Positions 45,703-55,872 of a stretch of DNA of 64,000 nt are shown piece after piece. Source of the stretch: a virus. The notes under the pieces are model-generated. The model ran no database searches. It was not told the DNA's origin and saw only the letters and a list, made by a program, of their open reading frames with translations. The stretch lies in the IMG/VR virus record IMGVR_UViG_3300005529_000029, positions 11,240-75,239 of that record; one strand, 5' to 3'. Positions within the stretch are counted from its first letter, which is position 1. Every line of letters begins with the position of its first letter. Made by a program: the position numbers and the translations under genes.

Positions 45703-46653
45703 ATGCCCGATCAAAATACCGAAACCAATGTTTCCGGCTCCAGCATTTTTGACAAAGCAACATGTCTGAGTCTGAAATTATCAGCTTTCCGGACAAATTG
45801 CAATGCCAGTATTCAATTGGTCGAAACAGACGCCGATCGAGAGCGCCTAAAACTGAAGAAGAACAAACTCCAGAATGAGACACTCGACAAGATCAACTCG
45901 CGTCATCAGGAGATTCGTAACTACATCGCGAAGCGTTGCCTTCCCAATAATCTATTCCGATCTGGGACATATATTCTCCCGGATAAGATATTGAATGACG
46001 TCATCCAGTATCTTCACGCTCAGAAGCTGCAACTTGAGCCGTTGATCGAACAGTTCATGGCCGAATATGAAGATGCCTACGCTAATGATTTCACCGCAGA
46101 AAGAGAGGCGCTTCAAAGTCAGTTCAACCTCGAGGATTATCCAGCGCCGGCAAAGGTCAGACGTAGGTTTGATATTGAGTGGAACATCTTCACTTACGAT
46201 GCGCCTGGCAAACTCTCTCGACTCAACCAGGAACTCTTTCTCGAAGAACAGGAGAAGATCCGCGAACAAGGCAAGCAAACTCTGGAAGAGCTGCAGCAAT
46301 TAATGAGAGCTCAGTTCGTCCAAGGCGTTGAACATATGCTTGACCGACTTACTCCCGGAGCAAATGGCAAGAAGAAAATCTTCAAAGACTCCTCGATTAA
46401 TGGCTTTAAGGAGTGGATCGATTTCTTTGAAGCACGAAACATCGCCGACGATCAGGAATTGTCAAAGATAGTTGAGCTGGCCAAATTGGCCCTGGATGGT
46501 GTAGATCCTGAAGTCCTTCGTAATAACGAAGCAGTTAGAAGCGCAGTTGCTCAACACTTCTCTGAGATTAAATCAATTATTGACGACTCGATCACTACGA
46601 CAGGCAGGAAATTCTTTGAGTTGGAGGAGGAACAAAAGCCCGCGGCGGCGTAA
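45703..46653 (+). CDS. DUF3150-like protein
   Basis: 316 aa, helical; FNLEDYP and KKKIFKDSSI motifs. Confidence 0.65.
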   Translation: MPDQNTETNVSGSSIFDKATCLSLKLSAFRTNCNASIQLVETDADRERLKLKKNKLQNETLDKINSRHQEIRNYIAKRCLPNNLFRSGTYILPDKILNDVIQYLHAQKLQLEPLIEQFMAEYEDAYANDFTAEREALQSQFNLEDYPAPAKVRRRFDIEWNIFTYDAPGKLSRLNQELFLEEQEKIREQGKQTLEELQQLMRAQFVQGVEHMLDRLTPGANGKKKIFKDSSINGFKEWIDFFEARNIADDQELSKIVELAKLALDGVDPEVLRNNEAVRSAVAQHFSEIKSIIDDSITTTGRKFFELEEEQKPAAA

Positions 46654-46655
46654 CT

Positions 46656-47042
46656 ATGGCAGGAACTTTGATCATTCACACTCGATCGTGCAAAGAAGGT
46701 AAACCTGGCAATTTTGGGGTATTCCGGAATGGCTGGGGCCTATATGATTGGCTTAAGAAGCGCGAATTGATTAATCGAAGTGAATTTGCGCCAAGCCAAG
46801 CGTTGCTCAAATCCGTTAAGACAGGTCTCTCTTTTGAGAAATTCAGAGAGAGATATATTCAGGAAATGCGCGAGCATAAGAAAGCTAATCCTCAGACTTG
46901 GGATCAGCTCCTGGCGCATGAAGAGATCACCCTATGTTGTTTCGAGCACGACCCCAGAGAATGTCACCGTTCGATCCTGGCCGAGCTAATCCAAAAATGG
47001 GCAGAATTCAATGGATTAACAGTAACTATGGACATTCAATAA
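46656..47042 (+). CDS. DUF488-like protein
   Basis: APSQALL...FRERYIQEM...ITLCCFE...CHRSILA. Confidence 0.8.
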   Translation: MAGTLIIHTRSCKEGKPGNFGVFRNGWGLYDWLKKRELINRSEFAPSQALLKSVKTGLSFEKFRERYIQEMREHKKANPQTWDQLLAHEEITLCCFEHDPRECHRSILAELIQKWAEFNGLTVTMDIQ

Positions 47043-47080
47043 AAGCATCCAATACAATCTGATTCTGTGAGGGAAGTCCT

Positions 47081-47302
47081 ATGATCAAAAGGCCCGTCAA
47101 GCCGATGAAAAAGGACCGGTTATCCCACACTATCTCTGTCCGATTCAGCGAAGCTCAACGCGCTGAGATTCAGGAAGCTGTGGTTAACCAGGGTTTTTTA
47201 AACGAGGCAGATGCAATCCGAAGTTTTGTTCATCAAGCCATGCATCTACCTGATATAATCAGAACGATTGTTAGAGACGAACTCAAGAAAGCCCAAGAGT
47301 AG
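47081..47302 (+). CDS. Ribbon-helix-helix-like regulator
   Basis: ISVRFSEAQRAEI...NEADAIR. Confidence 0.65.
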   Translation: MIKRPVKPMKKDRLSHTISVRFSEAQRAEIQEAVVNQGFLNEADAIRSFVHQAMHLPDIIRTIVRDELKKAQE

Positions 47303-47330
47303 TTTTAGACGATCTTCTGCCAGAAAGATT

Positions 47331-47363
47331 AAGACCCTCGGGCCTGAAAAGCTCGAGGGTCTT
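47331..47363. terminator. Hairpin between convergent genes (possible bidirectional terminator)
   Basis: AAGACCCTCGGGC / GCTCGAGGGTCTT. Confidence 0.75.
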
Positions 47364-47404
47364 TGATCATTAATGCTAGATACAAAGCTAAGATGGCTTA
47401 TGGT

Positions 47405-47656
47405 TTATTTGGTGTTCCGTCTTGGTTTCTTCTTTTCGCTTTCTTTTTCTTTAACATGTTCCATTCCTTCAAGAAACTCCTGCGGATTATCCCGCTTAAA
47501 TTTCCTGATAAAGTCCTTTATCGCGGCGCGAACCGCATTCGAGTCATTTAATCCCATCGCATAGCATACGACTTTAAATTCCCTGGCGTCCTCTTCATTG
47601 AGACGACTTGAGATATTCTTTTCGACTGCTTCGCCTGGGCCAACTATTCTTGGCAT
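47405..47656 (-). CDS. Ribbon-helix-helix-like regulator (repressor candidate)
   Basis: NISSRLNEEDAREF...GLNDSNAVRAAI; the only convincing minus-strand gene in the right arm; GAGGG RBS. Confidence 0.65.
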   Translation of the reverse strand: MPRIVGPGEAVEKNISSRLNEEDAREFKVVCYAMGLNDSNAVRAAIKDFIRKFKRDNPQEFLEGMEHVKEKESEKKKPRRNTK

Positions 47657-47970
47657 GTAATACCCTCTTCATCCTGAGCTTAGGTTTTTTGTTTTTTAAC
47701 TCTACGCCTGCTGGGGAGTTTTCACTCCTTGGAGTGTCATTTTATAGCGATTCCACGTCATAATGCAAGCATATGTAAACATTTTGTCATCTCTACGCTT
47801 ACATCTTGTTTATTTCAAGCATTTAGCTTTATTTCACTCTAAATAGGTCTTTACAGTTTAGTCCTCATAAATTATTCTGTAAACATATAAATGAATGCAG
47901 CTACATTTGCAGTAAGGTTAATTAAACAGAATCGGAAAAAGCCACCCGAGAGATTAGAAAGGCGGTCTAT

Positions 47971-48276
47971 ATGGCAGAGGAAATCATAGAGGGAACCACA
48001 GGCACGGACCAGGCTAAAGATCAGATCAATGTGACCAATATCAAGGAGCGTAGACGAAAGCGCTCAACGGTCGCTGGTACTAATAAATCTGAGAACATCA
48101 ATTTCCGGATGTCAGAGGAAGAGACCGATATGCTGTTCGAGCAATCTACATCGGTCAAACTGGCAATGTCGACCTATGTTGGATTCGTGATGAGCAAGGT
48201 TATTGTAGGTGAGAATCCTATTCCGGCATTGGTTGCAATGGGTGTCAAGTTTCCAAAAGTCGCAGTTAACCAGTAA
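47971..48276 (+). CDS. Ribbon-helix-helix-like regulator
   Basis: KSENINFRMSEEE...LAMSTYV; divergent from 47656. Confidence 0.6.
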   Translation: MAEEIIEGTTGTDQAKDQINVTNIKERRRKRSTVAGTNKSENINFRMSEEETDMLFEQSTSVKLAMSTYVGFVMSKVIVGENPIPALVAMGVKFPKVAVNQ

Positions 48277-48319
48277 CTCCCAGATTCCAAGCAAGTCATA
48301 ACATCATAGGAGATAAATC

Positions 48320-50197
48320 ATGTCTGCTAATGCTTCTATCGTCCATGAAGCCCAGGTAGTTCCCGAAGTTCTCAATGGACACGACCAGTCCTATGGAGCT
48401 TCACAAGCACTTGAAAGACGCTCTGAAAATGTCTCAGTTCAGTTTATGCCGGCCCTCACACCTCAAGCAATGCTTGAACGTCGCAACGTGATAGTTGAGC
48501 TGATGGGTTCTGTGCTGAAAGAAGGAATGCACTATGGACCGGCCTTTCCAGGATCAGATAAACCGACATTACTGCAGCCAGGCGCCGAGGTTCTTTGTTC
48601 AACATTCGGTTTAACGCCACGTCCGACGATCGTTGAGATGGTTCAGGACTGGACCGGTGAGGAACATGGCGGTGAGCCATTCTTTTCATACCACTATCGG
48701 TATGGCCTTTACCGCGGCGATCAGCTTTTGGGTGAAGCAGATGCGATCTGCAACTCCAAAGAAAAGAAGTTTCGCTGGCGCTGGGTGCAGGAACAAGACA
48801 TTCCACCAGGATTCCCGAAGGCTAAATGTAAGACTCAGAGTGCGGTCATTTCTGAGTTCAAATTCTCAGTCGATAAAGCTGAGACCGGTGGGAAGTATGG
48901 CAAGCCAAAAGAGTATTGGGACAAATTCAGAGCTGCGATCGAGCGAGGCGAAGCTAAACTGGTAATGAAAAAGGCTAGTGGCAACCGTGAGTTTGAGGCA
49001 TACGAGATTGGCTCGGTTCTTTATCGCGTTCCAAATGAGGAAATCTTCGATCAGATCAACACGATCATGCAGATGGCTCAGAAGCGGGCATTAATTCGTG
49101 TTACTCGTATGGTAACGGGAGCAAGCGAATTCTTCACTCAGGACTTCCCTGACGATGATAACGAGCCTGACGGACATGTTGTGGAGTCCAAAGAGAAGAA
49201 GAGCGCAGCGAAACAGCAAGATCTGCCACCTACATCGAACCCACCGGAATCTCAGCCAGCTCATAGTAATGCAGTTAATACCAAGGCAATGCAGGGCGTT
49301 CGTATAAAGCGTGCGCAGGTTATCCTTGAATTAGGTCTAATCCGTCGCGAAGGTCCAGCATTCTGGGTTGGTTCTACTACACAAAAGAACGTCGAGTTTC
49401 AGGTATGGCGTGATGAAGCCGGCCGGGTCAAATGCACTTGTGGCGACTTTTGCGAACTCGGTCCCAATGATACATCTTTCAGATGTGAGCATATCCTGGC
49501 AGTTAAGGAGTATCTTGATCAAAAGAAGGTATCAGCTAGCAATCAGACCGATGATAATGTGATCTCCAATCAACAAATGCAGCGATTAGAAAAACTCGCT
49601 GAAGATAAAGAGATCGATCTCGAGCTGGTCTGCAACAGCGAATACAAATGTGATGTGATTAACCTCACTCAGAATCAGGCTGCAGAGTTTATAGCAAAGC
49701 TCGAAGCCATGGACGTTGACAACGCCCGCTTTAATGCCCCGATCCCAAGCAATAAGCAGAATAAAGTCCAATCACAGGAAGACGCGATGCTTGATAAGAT
49801 CATTCCAAAAGAAATGATCTGGCAGATGTCCAAGCCTTCAAAAGAGGCATTCTGTGATGTCGATGGAACGTTTGGGAAAGCCGGCGAAGAACGATTCCGA
49901 GCTCACCTGATTCATCACACTGGCAAGAACACTCGCAAGGACCTAACATTCAGGCTAGCTAACCCCTATATCGCTCTCCTGAACGAATTGGCAGGCATCC
50001 GGAATACCTGGAATATCCTGATAGCGGATAATAATGGCAACTACGATCAGGATCAGCATAATTCCGCCCTCGAGCATTTACGAGCCACAACCACCAAATG
50101 GTACAAAGAACCGATCGCCTTTGAGAAGCTCAACCTGGAACAGGCAAAGCGGTATCATCAGTTCGTTCTCGCAGCTCTTGAAGACAAATCAAATTAA
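48320..50197 (+). CDS. Putative ssDNA-annealing / recombination protein with a SWIM zinc finger
   Basis: KPTLLQPGAEVLC and NTIMQMAQKRAL motifs; SWIM CTCGDF...CEHILAV. Confidence 0.65.
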   Translation: MSANASIVHEAQVVPEVLNGHDQSYGASQALERRSENVSVQFMPALTPQAMLERRNVIVELMGSVLKEGMHYGPAFPGSDKPTLLQPGAEVLCSTFGLTPRPTIVEMVQDWTGEEHGGEPFFSYHYRYGLYRGDQLLGEADAICNSKEKKFRWRWVQEQDIPPGFPKAKCKTQSAVISEFKFSVDKAETGGKYGKPKEYWDKFRAAIERGEAKLVMKKASGNREFEAYEIGSVLYRVPNEEIFDQINTIMQMAQKRALIRVTRMVTGASEFFTQDFPDDDNEPDGHVVESKEKKSAAKQQDLPPTSNPPESQPAHSNAVNTKAMQGVRIKRAQVILELGLIRREGPAFWVGSTTQKNVEFQVWRDEAGRVKCTCGDFCELGPNDTSFRCEHILAVKEYLDQKKVSASNQTDDNVISNQQMQRLEKLAEDKEIDLELVCNSEYKCDVINLTQNQAAEFIAKLEAMDVDNARFNAPIPSNKQNKVQSQEDAMLDKIIPKEMIWQMSKPSKEAFCDVDGTFGKAGEERFRAHLIHHTGKNTRKDLTFRLANPYIALLNELAGIRNTWNILIADNNGNYDQDQHNSALEHLRATTTKWYKEPIAFEKLNLEQAKRYHQFVLAALEDKSN

Positions 50198-50224
50198 GCC
50201 AGGCAATTAAGGAGATCACCCCAG

Positions 50225-50998
50225 ATGTCATTATTGCCTGCGCAAGAAATTGCGTCTGAATCTTTCTCTGAGCTTTCACCGGAGTTCACTGCAAATGGAC
50301 TTGCCAGAGAGTTCGAGAGTGATTCCTTAACTGAGACTCAGATTAGTCGCCTGCTAAATGGTTTCGAGCAGGCGACTAACGTTATCGATCTAATCATCCC
50401 TCTGGTTCCAAGGATCAAGAATACTGAGCATGTCAGTTACTTACGCGATGCTTCTGATAAGTTAGGTGAAAAGTCCTGGCGTTTAAAGATCGCCTGTGAT
50501 TCCGAGCTTATTCACCGAGCTGAGGCCAAACGTGGCCGAGGCCACAAAGACCTCGATGGTATTGGTGTCGTCGCTCAGGTTAGGAAACTGGCATACGAAA
50601 AAGGCGTTTCAGCACGTCAGATATTCCTCAATGATCAGATCCACAAAACATTCTTCAAAGAACCCGACGAAAATATTGAAAGCGCAGCCACCACTTTAGG
50701 ACCGACTTTTTTCAGGATCGCTCTCTCTGCTGAGGATCCAAAGACAGCAATTAAGGTCTTTGCCAAACAGAAAGATGACAATCCTTTCTTTAGCACCCGC
50801 GATGCTGAAGTGATGGTGGGTAAAAAACCTTTCAGACGGGTCGACTTTGAGAGAGTTGAACATTTAATTCAAGCAGGTCAAGCAGTGGTTGACATTTGGC
50901 AAACACACTTCGCCGACCTCGAGGATGATCCCGAAATCCGTAGCGCGTTTAATGAACTTGAGAAGGAAATCAAATCGTTTAACGAGGGTAATGTATGA
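50225..50998 (+). CDS. Hypothetical protein
   Basis: 257 aa, AGGAG RBS. Confidence 0.75.
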   Translation: MSLLPAQEIASESFSELSPEFTANGLAREFESDSLTETQISRLLNGFEQATNVIDLIIPLVPRIKNTEHVSYLRDASDKLGEKSWRLKIACDSELIHRAEAKRGRGHKDLDGIGVVAQVRKLAYEKGVSARQIFLNDQIHKTFFKEPDENIESAATTLGPTFFRIALSAEDPKTAIKVFAKQKDDNPFFSTRDAEVMVGKKPFRRVDFERVEHLIQAGQAVVDIWQTHFADLEDDPEIRSAFNELEKEIKSFNEGNV

Positions 50999-51708
50999 TT
51001 TGGCCAACATTAGATACGCCTGCACCGCCACTATCAGATACGTTTATTAGTGATATTGATACCGAGGTAAAACATTTGCATCAATATTGTTATGATCATT
51101 ATAACCTTTTAGCAGATCCGCTTTGGAATGACGCTGAATTCCCAAGCGATGGTAGTCCTATTCCATACAGAAATAATGCCATCCGATATCCCCTTGGTCC
51201 TAATACTGAAGCCTATTGGCGAGAATATACGATTACTGATACCGACACTGGAACATATTTAGCAGGCATATGCCATTATCCAGTTGATCGTGATGAAGCG
51301 ATCCAGGTAATTGCCAGCCTGATATACACGCTGAAAACCTCTTACGGCGATGAATATTCATTCTCGATTCTGGAGCTCATTAAAGAATATGAGGCAATAT
51401 CTCATCTAAGCGAGATTCTTTATCAGCCTTGTGATAATCAAGCTGGTGCCCATCTAGCAGGTTATATCTACCTCCTAGAAGCCGAAGAGACGGGATCTTA
51501 TAAGATTGGTCGTGCAAAGGACCTAGACAACCGCATTAAAACATTTGAGGTAAAACTGCCATTTGAAACCGAACTGCGCCATTCAATCAAAGTTCAAGAC
51601 ATGGCCTGTGCGGAGTTGGCTCTTCACAAAAAGTTTGCAGGTCGCCGTATAAATGGCGAGTGGTTCAAATTAACTCCTGAAGACGTTTCCTGGATTTGTT
51701 CATTATAG
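50995..51708 (+). CDS. GIY-YIG / T5orf172-domain protein
   Basis: GYIYLL...YKIGRA...RI...ELALHKKF...RINGEWF. Confidence 0.85.
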   Translation: MIWPTLDTPAPPLSDTFISDIDTEVKHLHQYCYDHYNLLADPLWNDAEFPSDGSPIPYRNNAIRYPLGPNTEAYWREYTITDTDTGTYLAGICHYPVDRDEAIQVIASLIYTLKTSYGDEYSFSILELIKEYEAISHLSEILYQPCDNQAGAHLAGYIYLLEAEETGSYKIGRAKDLDNRIKTFEVKLPFETELRHSIKVQDMACAELALHKKFAGRRINGEWFKLTPEDVSWICSL

Positions 51709-51716
51709 GCTTAAAC

Positions 51717-52799
51717 ATGGCTTACGTACCGGACGAAGCAATTAAACGAACAAATGAGATCGGGATGAAAGCCTTCTTGCTGTTCTCATATTACTGCATG
51801 AGGGCAGATAAGAATGGATGCTCATTCGCTCAAAGTTCCACAATAGCCTCAGAATTGGAAATTGGGCTAAGTCATATATACGAGTATCGCAAGAAACTAA
51901 TACAGGTTGGCTGGATTAGCGCAGATGGCGATAACATTACGGTTTTATTGGGTTTTCCGTTATGCCCTAACTCCAAAAATCGGAGCGATGGTCCAAAAAT
52001 CGGATCACGGCGACTGCAAAAATCGGACAAATCAACTCCGAAAATTGGAGTTAACGCAGATATAAACGCAGATATAGATGTCCAAAAATCGGAGTCCCTT
52101 AATCCAGAAATTGGAGTCGATAACTCCAAAAATCGGAGCGATAGCAGTCCAAAAATCGGACCTGCATGTAAGGAAGAACCAAACCAATTAACCAACCCAT
52201 TTAACCAAACCAATGAACCAACCCATGCCGAACAGAGTCCGGCTGGAGATGATGACTCTTGGTTTGATACTGAAACCGTACTCACGATTCAAGAGGACAA
52301 TCCAGAATCAGAGCCTGACAAACCAAAGCCAAAAAGGGAAAGGAAACCTGACGCTCTCTTTCCACTGGTTGAGGAAATCTTTTCATACTGGAAACTCGTG
52401 ATGAATCACCCAAGGGCAAGTTTATCTACGAAGCGTAGAAGAATGGTCCGCGCCCGACTTAAAGAGAAATACACGGTCGATGACATTAAACGCGGAATCG
52501 ATGGATGCAAAGCAACGCCATTCAATATGGGCGAAAATAAAGATCATGCAATACACGATGATCTAGAGCTAATTTGCCGTACCACTGAACATCTTGATCG
52601 CTATATTGGCAATTATTACAAATCACAAACTGGCCAAAGTCCACAGACTCAGAACGTCTACAAATTAAGCCAGAAAGGAGGAAGCATTGGAGGATATAAC
52701 CCAAATAACAGACCAACTGGCAATAGATCAGAGCCAATCCAAGAGAACCTCATCAAGCCAAAACGCGAACTCTTACCATCCAAATCAGCAAGTGGCTAA
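51717..52799 (+). CDS. Replication initiator (lambda O-like, N-terminal HTH)
   Basis: IASELEIGLSHIY HTH, internal iterons, C-terminal EIFSYWK...RARLKE domain; followed by a DnaC-like gene. Confidence 0.82.
   Translation: MAYVPDEAIKRTNEIGMKAFLLFSYYCMRADKNGCSFAQSSTIASELEIGLSHIYEYRKKLIQVGWISADGDNITVLLGFPLCPNSKNRSDGPKIGSRRLQKSDKSTPKIGVNADINADIDVQKSESLNPEIGVDNSKNRSDSSPKIGPACKEEPNQLTNPFNQTNEPTHAEQSPAGDDDSWFDTETVLTIQEDNPESEPDKPKPKRERKPDALFPLVEEIFSYWKLVMNHPRASLSTKRRRMVRARLKEKYTVDDIKRGIDGCKATPFNMGENKDHAIHDDLELICRTTEHLDRYIGNYYKSQTGQSPQTQNVYKLSQKGGSIGGYNPNNRPTGNRSEPIQENLIKPKRELLPSKSASG
51972..52160 (+). repeat. Iteron cluster (probable replication origin)
   Basis: TCCAAAAATCGGA exact at 51972, 51992, 52081, 52125 and 52148; variants at 52015, 52037 and 52103. 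Confidence 0.85.
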
Positions 52800-53520
52800 T
52801 TCATGCATGCGCTGTCAGGATATTGGGTTCTATTACGTCGATCGAAAGTACGGAATTCCTATCCAGCAAGGAACACAGATTGATCGCGCGAAACACGCAA
52901 TGATGCGCTGCAATTGTGTAACTGAGGCTTTCTTCAAAAGGACGATTCCGGCTGAGTTCTATCCAGCAATCCTAAATGATCTAAAACCTTTCTGGGATGG
53001 TCGTGATGGCTACCAGGATGTTCGAAAATACGCTGAGATTCTAAGCGCAATCAAAGTATCACCAATGGCAGATTATTTAATCTGCGGCTCGTATGGTGTA
53101 GGTAAGTCTCACCTTGGCTGGTCACTCTGGCGTTATGGAGTCGAACACTCGAGAAAATCATTCTACTTCACTGCTATTGATCTTTTAGAGCAATACAGAG
53201 CTGAGGACTTTGCCTGGAAGAAAGATGAAGAAGCGCCAAAAGCCGAAGTCACAGCAACCGATATTCGAAACGATCGCAGTTATTACACGATCGTCATTGA
53301 CGAGTTCGATAGTCCATCTGTCACACAGTACCAGGCCCAGAAGATGTCAGAGCTAATCAACACGATCTATGAATGCTCTGACAGAGTTCAACTGGTCGTT
53401 ATCTCGAACTTCAAACCTGATCAGCTTTTAGACAAGTGGTCAAACAATGGCGGTGCTTATGGCGCCAAGATCATGCGCAGGATTAACCATCTGTGCACTT
53501 ACGTAGATCTATTCAGATAA
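52687..53520 (+). CDS. DnaC / IstB-like helicase loader ATPase
   Basis: CMRC...CNC Zn site, GSYGVGKS, IVIDEF, ISN; TTG start after AGGAGG. Confidence 0.85.
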   Translation: MEDITQITDQLAIDQSQSKRTSSSQNANSYHPNQQVANSCMRCQDIGFYYVDRKYGIPIQQGTQIDRAKHAMMRCNCVTEAFFKRTIPAEFYPAILNDLKPFWDGRDGYQDVRKYAEILSAIKVSPMADYLICGSYGVGKSHLGWSLWRYGVEHSRKSFYFTAIDLLEQYRAEDFAWKKDEEAPKAEVTATDIRNDRSYYTIVIDEFDSPSVTQYQAQKMSELINTIYECSDRVQLVVISNFKPDQLLDKWSNNGGAYGAKIMRRINHLCTYVDLFR

Positions 53521-53524
53521 AAAT

Positions 53525-55003
53525 ATGAGCATACAAGACGTCATAGATAATAAACTTCCCTATTTCATTCCTCAGGGCCATTCAATGGAGCTGCTTAAGC
53601 AGATTCCAGATGAAACGGTTCAATGTGTCGTTACGAGTCCTCCATACTGGGGCCTCCGCGATTACAAAATACCTCCAACTATCTGGGGTGGCAATCCTCT
53701 CTGCACTCATGTCTTTGTCGAGTTAGAATTTAGTAAAGAGATTCGATCGGGCAAAGGTCTGGCTAAGTCTAAGGCCTCAACTCGTGGTGGGGCAAAGAAG
53801 GTCGCAAAAATTCCTGATATTCGGGAAGAACAAGGCCTTTGTCAGATTTGCGGAGCTTGGAAAGGCACTCTTGGACTTGAACCAACTCGCGATCTCTACA
53901 TCGATCATCTGATTCTATTATTTCAGGAGATAAAGCGCGTCCTTCGAAAAGATGGAACCTGCTTCGTTAATATCGGCGATAGCTCAGCAGGTAGTTCAGT
54001 CGGCTGGTCAAAGAAGCCTCACAAAGTTAGCCAGCCGCATATCAGTTCATATCCCTCGGGAAGGCCACCAAATTACATATCTTCGACTCAAGATGATGGC
54101 CTCAAACCTAAAGAGCTCTCATTAATCCCATTCCTATTGGCAATCGCCCTTCAAAGGGATGGCTGGTGGATCCGTCGCGATAATATCTGGGCCAAGGGAG
54201 TTTCCCTGGCAAAGACCTATCACGGTTCTTGTATGCCAAGTTCCGTAGAAGATGCACCTACTCAATCACACGAATATGTCTTCCTGATAACCAAATCAAA
54301 GAAGTATTACTACGATCGCTTTGCAGTTAGAGAAGAGGCTCAGACAGAAACTTTCGAACGCGCGAAACGTGGAGTCTCGGCAAATCATAAGAACCTTCAA
54401 GTTCCTGGCCAGAAACCACATTCAATGCATAAAGCCAGAGCGAATGGTGAAGGCTATGGCGCTCCGGAAATGGGTCGGAATCTTCGAAGTGTCTGGTGCA
54501 TTAACCCTGAAAGAACAGAGGAAGAGTTTTACGCTTCATATCCAACCAAACTCGCGCTCATTTGTGTGAAGTTAGGCACAAGTGAGAAGGGCTGCTGTCC
54601 TCACTGCAAAACTCCCTGGAAACGAATAGTTGAACCCACGCCTGAATATGCTCAGCACTTGGGAAAAGATTGGGGTAATCACGAGCAGGATCATCTAGAA
54701 GGCCGCGGTCACTTCAAGTTACTCGATGGTTCGAAATCCAATCAGAGAGCTATTAAACGAATCGGTCCATCGATCACTGCTGAATATATAACCAAGGGCT
54801 GGAAACAAGCATGTAAGTGTGAACCTCACGAACCTATCCCAAGTATTGTTTTCGATCCCTTCAATGGTAGAGGCACAACTGGCGTAGCAGCTCATCGAAT
54901 GAAGCAACGCTATATCGGTCTCGAACTCAATGAAAAAGCAATCGAAATGTCTAAGCGGAGGATTGAAGAGGATTCTCCACTCTTCGATGCAGTAAATATA
55001 TGA
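53525..55003 (+). CDS. Site-specific DNA methyltransferase (N4C/N6A, beta class)
   Basis: VTSPPYW catalytic motif; VFDPFNGRGTT SAM-binding motif. Confidence 0.92.
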   Translation: MSIQDVIDNKLPYFIPQGHSMELLKQIPDETVQCVVTSPPYWGLRDYKIPPTIWGGNPLCTHVFVELEFSKEIRSGKGLAKSKASTRGGAKKVAKIPDIREEQGLCQICGAWKGTLGLEPTRDLYIDHLILLFQEIKRVLRKDGTCFVNIGDSSAGSSVGWSKKPHKVSQPHISSYPSGRPPNYISSTQDDGLKPKELSLIPFLLAIALQRDGWWIRRDNIWAKGVSLAKTYHGSCMPSSVEDAPTQSHEYVFLITKSKKYYYDRFAVREEAQTETFERAKRGVSANHKNLQVPGQKPHSMHKARANGEGYGAPEMGRNLRSVWCINPERTEEEFYASYPTKLALICVKLGTSEKGCCPHCKTPWKRIVEPTPEYAQHLGKDWGNHEQDHLEGRGHFKLLDGSKSNQRAIKRIGPSITAEYITKGWKQACKCEPHEPIPSIVFDPFNGRGTTGVAAHRMKQRYIGLELNEKAIEMSKRRIEEDSPLFDAVNI

Positions 55004-55371
55004 ACACAGATCTTTATATGCAACTTGGCATTCTCTCGGCAGTGGTCTTTTTGATCATTGCAATTTTTCTCAATCACAGAAAGGACAAACAACGCATGAG
55101 TGCATTACTTGATCTCACGAACCAGATCCTCGCAAAAGAGGCAACTCTGGAAACGGCAGTCGGTCAGACAGTCACGTTCTTGAAGAACCAGAGCCAGCAA
55201 ATCGCAACTCTGACTCAGGAACTCGCCAATGCCGGAACTCCCGAAGAAGTTGCGGCAGTTCAGGCAAAACTGACGACGCTTAGTACGAGTCTCGATTCTG
55301 ACGCGAACACCCTTCAATCGGCAATTGGTGGTGGTACCACAACAACCACGGCCAGTTCTTCTAGTAACTAA
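55000..55371 (+). CDS. Membrane-anchored coiled-coil protein
   Basis: N-terminal TM helix. Confidence 0.7.
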   Translation: MNTDLYMQLGILSAVVFLIIAIFLNHRKDKQRMSALLDLTNQILAKEATLETAVGQTVTFLKNQSQQIATLTQELANAGTPEEVAAVQAKLTTLSTSLDSDANTLQSAIGGGTTTTTASSSSN

Positions 55372-55398
55372 TCAACCCTGGGTTGCTGGCTGTAATAA

Positions 55399-55659
55399 GT
55401 GGGCAACCCAGAATCTCTCTTGGAGATGACTCATATGTGTCCAGGCCAAACTTTATGTGGAACATGTCACGGAGTTTTAATCAGGTGTCCAAAGTGTCTT
55501 GATCCACAGGGCAAGATTATCAAAGAGAATTGCTCTTTCTGTTGCAACCATCGAATGTTCTTTACTCACACAGAGCACTGCCATCCGATGATTGCTAACT
55601 CACGATCAATCTTTGTCCCTTACATTCCACGACCATTTACGCCAGCAGAACTTAATTAA
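55399..55659 (+). CDS. Cys-rich hypothetical protein
   Basis: Several CxxC motifs; start uncertain. Confidence 0.5.
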   Translation: MGNPESLLEMTHMCPGQTLCGTCHGVLIRCPKCLDPQGKIIKENCSFCCNHRMFFTHTEHCHPMIANSRSIFVPYIPRPFTPAELN

Positions 55660-55668
55660 GGATCCATT

Positions 55669-55872
55669 ATGGCAGCAATAATCAAATGCGATAACTGCAG
55701 CAAAGAACTACGAGAGCATCAGAACTTGTTCTGGACGATAACTTACTCCACAAGAGTGAAGATTCTCGATGGCGGCTTTAAGAACGATCAACCCTATCAC
55801 TTCTGCTCAGATCAATGTCTTCGACAGTATGTCTTAGCTCATATTCCGGAGGGTCAACCAGCAAATGCCTAA
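55669..55872 (+). CDS. Small zinc-finger protein
   Basis: CDNC...HFCSDQC. Confidence 0.7.
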   Translation: MAAIIKCDNCSKELREHQNLFWTITYSTRVKILDGGFKNDQPYHFCSDQCLRQYVLAHIPEGQPANA

